A stretch of 64,000 bases of DNA from Azolla caroliniana (taxonomy: Eukaryota > Plantae > Polypodiophyta). Of the stretch, positions 1 to 10,754 are shown piece by piece. The stretch lies in NCBI GenBank assembly GCA_043228905.1, contig JBHGNT010000017.1, positions 16,492,001-16,556,000 of the forward strand, given 5' to 3'. The position numbers and the translations under genes were made by a program. The notes below the pieces were generated by a model, which ran no database searches, had not been told where the DNA came from, and saw only the letters and a program-made list of their open reading frames with translations. Each line of letters opens with the position of its first letter. Position 1 is the stretch's first letter.

Positions 1-2825
1 AATGCCAACACCGACATAGAGTTGTGGCACAAGCAGATTGCCCACATCAACCTCCAAAAACTCAAAGCAATGCAATCGAAAGGAGCCGTCATCAGACTCC
101 TGACCTTCAAAGATAAAGAGATTGAAGGCATATGTGTAGCCTGTCAATTCAGCAAGCAACATTGGCACCTGTTTCCGAAGGAGAGGAACGTGAGTAAAGG
201 CATATTGGATGTAATTCATTACAATGTATGGGGACCGGCTCAGATGACTACATTCGACGGATGTCGATACTACATGGCCTTCATCGACGACTTCTCCAGG
301 CATACCTAGATCTACCCCATGCGGCAGAAGAGTGAAGTGTTCGGACACCTCCAAAAATTCAAGAGTGGAGTCAAAAAGGAAACATGTCAACATGTACGAT
401 GTCTCTCGGTTGGATGGAGGAAAAGAGTACTTCTCCGACGAATTTTCGGCTTTTCTTCGGAAAGAAGGCATTCGGCGAGAGTTTTCGTGTCAACATATGC
501 CACAACAGAACGGAATAGCCGAACGAAAGAATCGGCACATCCTCGAAGTAGCACGGGCCATGCTTAACTAGAAGCACATGCCGAAGCCGTACTAGGCAGA
601 AGACACCAACACAACCGTCTACCTAATGAACCGGTGTACAACATCCGACAGGCATGAGGTTACCCCACACGAGAAGTTTTTCGAAAAGAAGCCGAATCTA
701 TCACATGTTCGGATATTTGACTCCATTGCATACATGCACCTCCTTGACGAGAAGCGACAAAAGCTCGACCCGAAATCAGAGAAATCTATCCTCGTAGGAT
801 ACTCACTAGAGCAAAAGGGGTACAAGTGCTATAACCCCTCGACTCAGAAGGTTCGTGTGAGTTGAGATGTAGTCTTCGACGAATCGGCATCATGGTACGA
901 ACCCGAGCTTACTCCTCCCAAATCATTTCTAATCGACCCGGAATCCGTCGAACATGAGATAGAAGTTAGAGATCGACTCGAACACATGTTTGAAGAAAGT
1001 TCGATTACGACAAGGCTTAGTGGGCTACAAGAGCCCCCGAGCGACCAAAGCACATCTCGGCCTAGTCCTAAGATGGCCAAAGGCAAGGTGAAAATGTCGG
1101 AGTATGAAGACGATCAATTCGACGGCAATGAATCAACTCAGTCCCTCAATAGTGAGTTCGGTGGCTTCGATGTACCTATCATGAGGACACTTGGCGTAAA
1201 GAAAGCCATTGCCACAGCAAACGAAAAACTCTGACACTCCACCCATGAGAAGAATCTTGTTAGTCGATTCGGCTACAACGATTATATGGCATACCACTAT
1301 GCTTTTCTAATGAAGGTGGCGACAGTTCTAGAACCAGAAAGTTTTTCAGAAGCAACCACGATGGGTCGAAGCAATGAACGAGGAGATGTAGGCATTATGC
1401 AAGAACGAGACATGGGATCTCGTTCCCCACTCATCGCACAAGAAGGCAATCGGCTACATATGGATTTACAAGGTGAAGTATAATGCCAATGGCTCGGTCA
1501 ACCGCTACAAAGCTCAACTCGTAGCGAAAGGATATGCACAAACACATGGAGTTGACTATGAAGAGACCTTTGCCCCGGTGGCAAAGATGACGACTATGCA
1601 GGCCGTAATTGCATTTGCAGCGGCAAAAGGGTGGCACCTCCATCAAATGGATGTAAAGAATGCCTTTCTTCAAGGCGAATCAGAGGAGGAGGTGTATATG
1701 GTACGACCACTAGGCTTCAAATCAAGCATCCATCCGAAAGCAAATTGCTGACTGAAGAAGCCACTCTACGGCCTTAAGCAAGCAACAAGTGCTTGGCACT
1801 CGAAGATAACATAGCATCTTCATCGAATCGGCTTTAGAATGTCGAAATCCGATAACTCCCTCTTAGTATGTACGAAACGACTCTAGAAATCCGATTGTCA
1901 TCATCCTATACGTGGATGATTTGGTCATTGGAGGAGAAAGTCTAGTCGACATCAAGAAGGTCAAGTCCCTCCTCTCTAGCAAATTTGAGATGACAGACAT
2001 GAAGGAGCTCCATTACTTCCTTGGCATCGAGGTAATTTGGACTCCAGTCGGAATTATGATCTCTCAACGACACTACATCCTTAACTTGTTATACAAGTTG
2101 GGGATGGCTAAGTGTAAATCTATGGCAACCCCTCTCGATCAAAACCTCAAATTGGATGCCGACTCCGGCACGAAAGAGTGTGAGCCAACTCAATTTCGAC
2201 AACTAATCAAGAGTCTCATCTACCTCACGATCACTTGACTCGACCTAACCTATCCGGTCGGCCTCCTTGGCCAATTCATGCAAACTCCGTGAGATATCCA
2301 TTTGGATTGTGCTAAGTGAGTATTACGATACATGAGTAGACCCAAGTTGAGCTTGAGGGGGCATGTTGAGAATCAAGCTCAACCTAGTGCAATGTGTGAA
2401 CACACCCTTTGAGAATCTATGATCGTTGCTCAAAGGTCAAGAGTCACACCACTACTCTCTACACATTAACTATGTGTCATAGAATCATATTCTATGACAC
2501 ATAACTAATGAGTTCCATATTCTCCATGACTATAAGTCTTCACATTCCCCAAGAGAGAGTTGTTGTTGTAGTGAGTTAATGAAGAGAGAGGGTGACCTTA
2601 AATAAAGCACCCTTCTCCGACTTCATAGAGTGTCGGTTGTGACTCCTTGTAATATTACATTTTGTATTTGCTATTCTCCTTGTTAATATACACCTTCTTC
2701 TTGAGTACTTCATTTTTCTTTGGTCTATTCATCTTGTGTTTTCTCTTCTCTCATCTCTTTCCTCTCACACATACACATAACACACATCTCTTCCGCTGCA
2801 CAAGAATCATATCCTATTCTCTACA
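1..2825 (+). mobile_element. Degenerate Ty1/copia LTR retrotransposon (3' part; runs off window start)
   Basis: Fragments in copia order: GAG-pre-integrase (WHKQIAHIN), integrase (VWGPA..FIDDFSR, PQQNGIAERKNR), RT (YKAQLVAKGY, HQMDVKNAFL, YVDDLV). Many stops and frameshifts. Purine tract GAGGGGG then an LTR. RNase H is missing. Confidence 0.92.
2364..2825 (+). repeat. 3' LTR of the degenerate copia
   Basis: Starts TGTTGAGAAT right after the purine tract and ends ATTCTCTACA (9/10 inverted terminal match, TG..CA). The partner LTR is outside the window. Confidence 0.7.
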
Positions 2826-4692
2826 GATAGACAAGGTAAACAAAAAGAAAGTATTGTATTAATCACTACTTTTCTTTATACAAAGAGGTTTAGCATCATA
2901 CAAGAAAAGAAGATTTGGGTTTGGCTCTATTAGTCTTTAACTCTAATAAGGGTTAAGGAGATAGAGAAGGGCTTAATGTACTAATCGGAAGAGAGCTCTC
3001 AAGAATCTTCATTAGAAATATATATGCTATAAACATGAAAGTAAGGAAATAGATACAAAAATAAAGAGATAATGAAAGAAAGAAGGTTATTATCCACCTG
3101 ACCACCCTCGAGCTAAGGGGTCAAGAACAACCCAAACCCTGAACGGTGTTCCATACCACCACTATGGGCTTCAAGTATGTTCACCACAAGATCACAATCT
3201 CGACATAGTCAAGTGATCCCCCAATGAGTTTAGCTAGGGCCTCGTATCTATAACTAAACCCGCAAGCAAGTTCACACTTGGCCCTTAAGGATTGTCTCAA
3301 TCCCTAGGATTAAAATTGATCCTCCCTTCTTTATATTCTTGATTAACCCTTACACTCTTATCCTCGGGTGTGTAGAAAGTTATGGTATTTATGTATGTAT
3401 GTATGTATCAATCTCAAAAAATAATAACGTAACATCGCCACTGTCGAACACATTGCACCAACAAGCCCCTCGATCGATAACGGACAAAACATCTCTGATA
3501 ACGGGGGTCCTGTTGAGATTATTTTCAACAACGAAGAGATGCTTCTACTTGAAAAAGAGATAGAGCGCCTTGAGCGAATTGCGGTCATATGCCGAGTGAT
3601 GGGATCACGACCAAACAGAGGGTTGTTGCGAGATATGTTGCAAGCTCAACTTCATTCACAACTCCGTGGTATAAAATAAGTCCAACCGCTTGGTAAAGGC
3701 TTCTATCAAATCATACTAGAAGACACGGAGTCTGCAACGAACCTCATAGCACTTTCCCCCTGCCAGGTCCGTAATACATGGTTGTTCATGCGTAAATGGA
3801 CACATGGTTTTAACCCAGAGAAAGCCGCACAACAGGATGACTCCATGAAAAAGGTAACAATGTTGTTTCCTGGACTATCCTTAGAATACAACATGCTACT
3901 TCCTACTATTGGCAACTCCTTTGGGATGATGTTGGATGAGGAACTAACGCTAGCAGACAGACTAAAGAAGCACCTAGGCCCTCCCTCTATCCGCCTCTTG
4001 GTGTAGGACATCAATAAACTTCCCTCCAAGATCCTCATTCCCGGGAAAAACGGAATGCGAATTGAACAACGCATAGAAGTGATTGGCGCACCGGGGTAAT
4101 GTTTTGCATGCAAAAAACTTGGTCATTTAAAAAAGAATTGCCCCACAAGACATATTAAAGATCCTACAAAGGAGACTTTGGAAGGTCAGGATACCATAAG
4201 ACATCAAAAGCCTCCCCCACCACGACCTGACAAGGCTGTGATGGAATGGCGAGTGGTGGAAAAAACCCATGTCCTTCGGAAAACATCACCGGCACAAAAT
4301 CCTCCATCGCCTATGAACCCCAATCGCTTTGATCTACTACTAGAGCTCCCCCCCACAGATGAGCATTCCCCTAGTTCTTTCGTAAGCCCAAAGGAACGAC
4401 CTAAGGTGACACCAAGCACCCAAGAGAAAGTTCTCGTTAAAGCTTACAAAACAGGGAAACGCAAACGAATAAGTCATGTAAAGACCCTAATAAGGAGCTT
4501 GAGTGGAACGACACCCAATGCAGAAGAAGCAACCCAAGGCAGAAGTGTGAATGTCACGCCTCAAATCATAGTCATCCCGGACACAAATGAGTGTGCTTCC
4601 TCTAGCCAAGACCTTGAACCACACCCACAAAATGCCTTGAAATGGCTAGGTATAGGGCCCAAGGCAGTGGAAAAAATAAGGGTACATGTATC

Positions 4693-5466
4693 TGTTGGGA
4701 GACATGTCCCTCCGGATGGGAAGGAAGAAGAACAGTGCCGGCGAACAAACTCGGCCGAGGCCGAAACGATATGAGGAGAACCCGGCTACGGAGAGCCGGA
4801 TGATACAGACCCGGTGAAGACCGGATGAGGAGTACCCGGCTACGGAGAGCCGGATGGTGCAGGCCCGGTATGAACCGGATGAGGAGGACCCGACTACAGA
4901 GAGCTGGATGGTGCAGGCCCGGTATGAACCGGATGAGGAGTACCCGGCTACGGAGAACCGGATGGTGCAGGCCCCGGTACGAACCGGAGGAAGAGACATA
5001 TTCGTAAATATGTTTTTGAGAGCCCATCGAGGCTACATTTGTAAATAGCCGAAAAGTCATATTAGTATAAATATGACTTAGGGCAAACTTTTAGTAACTG
5101 TTGTAGCGGTTGTCATTCTTCCTTGTTGGTGCAAGAAGAAGAGAGAGAGCGTAACTGTACAGAGAGAGTGAGAGAGACGAGGTCGTTGCCTCTGTTGTAA
5201 CCGCCGCCTGTGGCGAAGATCTGAGAGCACGAGGTCGTTGCCTCAGTGAACTCACTGTTGTATATTCCTACATAGTGACAATTTGCAGCCTGTGGGCTGC
5301 CGTGGTTTTTCCCCTAGTTTGGGGTTTTCCACGTAAACCTCCTGTGTAGTGTGTGTATATCTTCCTCTCCTTTGTGTCGTGCATTTCATTACCTATTTTT
5401 TCTGTGTATGAAAAGAAGCTCGGTTGTGGCCGAGCGTTGCGCATAAGGAACGTTGCGTTCCCGTCA
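4693..5466 (+). repeat. 5' LTR (774 bp)
   Basis: TGTTGGGAGA...TTCCCGTCA; near-identical to 9569-10293; TATAAATA motif inside. Confidence 0.96.
4771..4987 (+). repeat. 54-bp tandem repeat in LTR U3 (4 copies; 3 copies in the 3' LTR at ~9647-9809)
   Basis: Unit ATGAGGAGTACCCGGCTACGGAGAGCCGGATGGTGCAGGCCCGGTATGAACCGG at 4771, 4825, 4879 and 4933. Confidence 0.92.
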
Positions 5467-5468
5467 AG

Positions 5469-5480
5469 TGGTATCAGAGC
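5469..5480 (+). promoter_or_regulatory. Primer-binding site, initiator tRNA-Met
   Basis: TGGTATCAGAGC, 2 nt after the 5' LTR. Confidence 0.93.
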
Positions 5481-5496
5481 GAAATCGACACAGAAG

Positions 5497-8400
5497 ATGG
5501 ACGAATCGTTTGGCGGCATGTTCAAGCTCACCGGCTCCAACTATTCAGTGTGGAAGTCGAAGATGAGGGACATGCTCGTGGTTAAAGACCTCTGGCTGCC
5601 GGTTTAGTTCGGGGACAAGAGATCGGACAAAATCGACGCCGCGATATGGGAGGTGATGCACATGAAGACAACGGCGTACATACGGTGCTTCATCGACATG
5701 AGCCTATACAACAACTTCAATGAAGAGAGCAAGGCTCGTGAGCTCTGGGAGAAGATCGGCATAATGTTCCAGAACAAAAATGTTGTCAATCAGGTGTCGG
5801 TATTCCGGAAGCTAGTAAGACTCCGGTACCAAGATGGCTCCAGCATGGCGGAGCACATGAATGCCTTCCAGGGGCTGATACACCAGGCAACGTCATTGGA
5901 AGTACCTCTTGCCGACAAGGTACTAGCGCTACTCCTGCTCGGTTCCCTCCCGGATAGCTGGGAGACGTTGGTTGTCACTTTGGGCAACGCCGGGCCGGAA
6001 GGAAAACGGTTATCCCTAGCAAGAGTAAAGTCGAGCTTGCTAGATGAGGAGGCGCGTCGGAAGGATAAAGATACGAGCTCCGAGTCCAAAGCGCTCCTTA
6101 CTGAATCGGAACGCGGAAGACATAGAAACCGTAGTCCTCAGAACCGAGAGAAGTCGGGGACACGGTCAAAGTCAAGGGGGAGGCCTACTTGCTTCTATTG
6201 CGGCAAGCCGGGACACTTCCAAAAGAACTGTCGGCATTTCCGTAAAGACAAGGAAATCGACGGTACCGATTCGAAGCAAACCCAGAACCGGAACGGTACA
6301 GATCGGAACGGTAAAGACCGGAGGGGGCCGGACCGGAATGGAACGACGGCAATCGCGGCAAGTGAAGAAGAGTTGATGCTCATCACCGAGGAGAGTGAGA
6401 TAAACCTTGCCGGCAACGAGATGACCTGGGTGGTAGACTCCGGAGCGTCGTTCCACCTTACCCCGGACCGGAAATGCTTCTCATCCTACTCAGCCGGTGA
6501 TCACGGCTGTGTCCGGATGGGGAATGAGGGAACATGCCGAATTGTCGGCATAGGAGACGTGTGGCTGACAACACCAACCGGATGCAAGTTGCTGCTGAAG
6601 GATGTCTGACACGTTCCGGAGGTTCGTCTGAACCTGATATCAGTCGGTCGGCTAGATGATGAAGGCTACACGGGTAGCATCCGGAACGGTGTCATGAAGT
6701 TCAGCAAAGGGAGCCTGATTGTGGCTCGGGCCCGGAAGGTAAACACATTGTACCTGATGAATGCCCGGTTATGTCCGGAAGAAGTGAACGTGGCATCCGA
6801 CACTGCCGGTGAGCTGTGGCACAAGAGGCTGTGTCATATGAGCGAGAAGGGGATGAAGAGGCTTGCAGACGACAACCTCATTCCAGTGAAGAACGTGCAC
6901 TTAGAGAAGTGCACTGATTGTCTGGCCGGTAAGCAGAACCGGACCTCTTTCCGACCAAGGCCACCGATGAGACGTAATGCACCACTGGAGTTGGTGCATA
7001 CGGATGTGTGTCAAGTAGACACGAAGTCACAAGCCGGAGTGCGGTACTTCGTGACGTTCATAGATGACCACAGCCGGAAGCTGTGGGCCACACCGCTGAA
7101 GACGAAGGATCAGGTGTTATCCGTCTTCAAAGAGCTCCACGCGAGAATGGAAAGAGAAACCGGCCGGAAGCTGAAGGCGGTTCCAACATATAACGGAGGA
7201 GAGTACCGGGGGCAGTTCGAGGAGTACTGCCGCTCAAAGGGAATCCGGCTCGAATTTGCCGTGCCGAAGACACCGGAACTAAACGGACTGGCCGAGAGGA
7301 TGAACCGGACCATAATGGAGAGGGTCCGGAGTATGCTAGCGCATGCAAAACTACCCAAGAAGTTTTGGGCTGAGGCACTGTCGACGGCGACATACGTGAT
7401 AAATAGATCACCCTCAGTACCCTTGGACGGAGACACGCCACAGAGAGTGTGGACCGGTAAGGAAGTATCCTACCGGCATCTGAAGGTGTTCGGGTGTCTC
7501 GCGTACGTGCATGTAGCTAAGGACCAGAGAGGAAAGTTAGATCCAAAGACTCGGCCATGCATATTCCTCGGTTACGGTGACGATGAGTTTGACTACCGAG
7601 TGTGGGACCCGGTCGACAAGAAGGTATTCTGGAGTCGAGACATTATCTTCATGGAGGACAAGACGCTTGCCGACTGGGAGTCGGAGAAGAAGATAATGAA
7701 CTCCGAGTCGATCGGTAAGGATAGACTCTGCGATGAGCAGACCCAACCGGCAAGAGACCGGTTAGCACTCGAGGAACCAGCCGGTTACAGTGAGGATACC
7801 GAACCGACAGAAGAAGAAGTAGAGGAAGCTGAGACCGGAACCGGCCAAGACCCCAAATCGGATTCGGATGAAGAGCACATGGATGAGCCGGTCACCGAAG
7901 CCCAAAGACGGAGATATCCTCTCAGAGAGAGAAGGGCCCCCCGGAGATTTCCGGATGCAGAGCATGTTCTGCTGACCGATGAGGGGGAGCCGGAAAGCTT
8001 CGAAGAAGCGAAGGAAGACACCCACAGCCGAAAATGGTTAAGTGCCATGCAGGACGAGATGGATTCCCTGCATGAGAACCATACGTACGAATTGGTGGAG
8101 CTGCCGAAAGGAAAGCGGGCACTCCGAAACAAGTGGGTGTACAAGTTGAAACCGAGAGATGCCGGCAACCCCCCGACATACAAAGCCAGGATCGTGGTGA
8201 AGGGGTTTCAGCAGAAGAAGGGTGTGGACTTCAACGAGATATTTGCCCCGGTAGTAAAGATGACCTCCATCCGGACGGTGCTGAGTATAGCAGCAAGCAT
8301 GGACCTCGAGGTAGAGCAGCTGGACGTGAAGACGGCATTCCTTCACGGCGACCTCGAAGAGGAGATCTACATGCAACAACCGGAAGGATTTGTGGAGAAA

Positions 8401-9558
8401 GGGAAGGAGCACCTGGTATGCCGGTTGAAGAAGAGCTTGTACGGACTAAAGCAGGCTCCCCGGCAATGGTACCGAAAGTTCGACTCCTTCATGACCGATC
8501 AAGGGTACCACAAAACGCAGGCCGATCACTGCGTGTTTGTGAAGAAGTTCGAAGGAGGGGACTTCCTGATACTCCTCCTGTACGTGGATGACATGTTAAT
8601 CGTCGGACGAGACCAAGTCAAAATACGGATGCTGAAGAAGGCTCTCAACCGGACCTTCTCAATGAAAGACTTGGGTCCGGCAAGACAGATGTTGGGGATG
8701 CACATCATTCGGAACCGGTCAGTGAAGCAACTATGGCTGTCACAGGAGAAGTACGTGACAAAGGTGCTTCACCGGTTCAACATGTCAGAAGCGAAACCGG
8801 TCGGATCGACACTTCCGGCAAACTGCAAGCTATCCGGCAAGCAAAGCCCGAAGACAAAAGCAGAGAAGGCGGATATGATGAAGATTCCATATGCCTCTGC
8901 CGTCGGGAGCTTAATGTACGCTATGGTGTGTACCCGACCGGATATAGGATACGCAGTCGGAGTGGTGAGCCGGTTCATGAGTAATCCCGGCAAGGAGCAC
9001 TGGAATGCAGTCAAATGGATACTCCGGTACTTGAAGGGCACTTCAAATATGTGTCTCCGATTCGGCTCTGAAAAACCTCAACTGGACGGTTTCACTGATT
9101 CGGACATGTTGGCTGATGTGGATACCAGCCGGTCTATATCCGGGTATGTAATGACATATGCAGGGGGAGCTGTTTCATGGCAGTCGAGGCTGTAGAAGAC
9201 GGTTGCATTGTCAACCACAGAGGCGGAGTACATGGCGGCTGTGGAAGCCGGCAAGGAAATATTATGGATGAAGGACTTCATCGGAGAGCTCGGCATCCGG
9301 CAAGAGGAATACCGACTCTACTGCGACAGTCAAAGTGCCATCCACCTTGCTAAGAATGCGGCCTACCATTCCCGGACGAAGCATATCCAGCGAAGGTATC
9401 ACTGGATCCGGGAAAGAGTAGATGACCAGGAGTTCGCACTGACGAAGATCCACACGGCCGAGAACGGGTCAGATATGCTGACCAAAGTGCTGACACCCGA
9501 CAAGTTGGATGCATGCCGGAAGAGGATCGGACTGGTAAGACACCCCATGCCGGAGTGA
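5497..9558 (+). pseudogene. Copia gag-pol polyprotein with three in-frame stops
   Basis: Single frame from ATG 5497; stops at 5605 (TAG), 6607 (TGA) and 9193 (TAG). Motifs CFYCGKPGHFQKNC, WVVDSGAS, FIDDHSR, YVDDM and RNase H YCDSQSA. The integrase second Asp reads TYNGGEY. Confidence 0.93.
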
Positions 9559-9566
9559 AGGGGGAG
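9557..9566 (+). promoter_or_regulatory. Polypurine tract
   Basis: GAAGGGGGAG just before the 3' LTR. Confidence 0.88.
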
Positions 9567-9568
9567 TT

Positions 9569-10293
9569 TGTTGGGAGACAGGTCCCTCCGGATGGGAAGG
9601 AAGAAGAACAGTGCCGGCGAACAAACTCGGTCGAGGCCGAAACGGTATGAGGAGAACCCGGCTACGGAGAGCCGGATGATACAGACCCGGTGAAGACCGG
9701 ATGAGGAGTACCCAGCTACGGAGAGCCGGATGGTGCAGGCCCGGTATGAACCGAATGAGGAGTACCCGGCTACGGAGAACCGGATGGTGCAGGCCCCGGT
9801 ACGAACCGGAGGAAGAGAAGAGACATATTCGTAAATATGTTTCTGAGAGCCCATCGAGGCTACATTTGTAAATAGCCGAAAAGTCATATTAGTATAAATA
9901 TGACTTAGGGCAAACTTTTAGTAACTGTTGTAGCGGTTGTCATTCTTCCTTGTTGGTGCAAGAAGAAGAGAGAGCGCGTAACTGTACAGAGAGAGTGAGA
10001 GAGACGAGGTCGTTGCCTCTGTTGTAACCGCCGCCTGTGGCGAAGATCTGAGAGCACGAGGTCGTTGCCTCAGTGAACTCACTGTTGTATATTCCTACAT
10101 AGTGACAGTTTGCAGCCTGTGGGCTACCGTGGTTTTTCCCCTAGTTTGGGGTTTTCCACGTAAACCTCCTGTGTAGTGTGTGTATATCTTCCTCTCCTTT
10201 GTGTCGTGCATTTCATTACCTGTTTTTTCTGTGTATGAAAAGAAGCTCGGTTGTGGCCGAGCGTTGCGCATAAGGAACGTTGCATTCCCGTCA
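9569..10293 (+). repeat. 3' LTR (725 bp)
   Basis: Direct repeat of 4693-5466, lacking one 54-bp unit. Confidence 0.96.
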
Positions 10294-10754
10294 GTATCAG
10301 CGGTGCACAATAACGGAGTTCCGACGACCTCAATCTCCTTTCCACTCTTGCTTTCGACTCAGGAAGATTGGTCGAAATCCAAGATTAAAGATATGTTATG
10401 TAACCAAGCAGCGTGCTTTGTAGCACAAATAAGAGATGAAGAGCTCATGAATGAACTAAAGCAACATTGGCATAACACTAAATTCTGGTGCACCATGGAT
10501 GAAGAGGACCCCCATCTTTGCCACATCCACCTGCGGACTATCATAAACACCCAACTAACTCCAAGCTTTGTCTATTTCTATGAGAAGCATGAAGGGGCGA
10601 TTGAAGCCCACAAGATAGCCCACAAACTCCACTCATGGATGTGGACCACTATTCCATCCCTAGAAATGTCTGGATGTCTAAATGGTGAGTGCTCCCCACT
10701 CACGACCTGTTGTACAAAGCACCAGGCACAACTGGCAACCTCCCACCCCATTCC

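Larger units (their letters stand above)
4693..10293 (+). mobile_element. Full-length Ty1/copia element, Tnt1/Tork-like
   Basis: TG..CA LTR pair; 5-bp TSD GTATC (4688-4692, 10294-10298); PBS; PPT; gag-PR-INT-RT-RH order. Confidence 0.97.

Noticed and set aside
4771-4987. Regular 54-bp repeats as a CRISPR-like array
   Set aside because: Head-to-tail units with no unique spacers, inside an LTR, in eukaryotic DNA with no cas genes.
10294-10303. GTATCAGCGG after the 3' LTR as a second Met PBS (tandem element)
   Set aside because: It is the GTATC TSD plus resumed LINE ORF1; the frame restores exactly.
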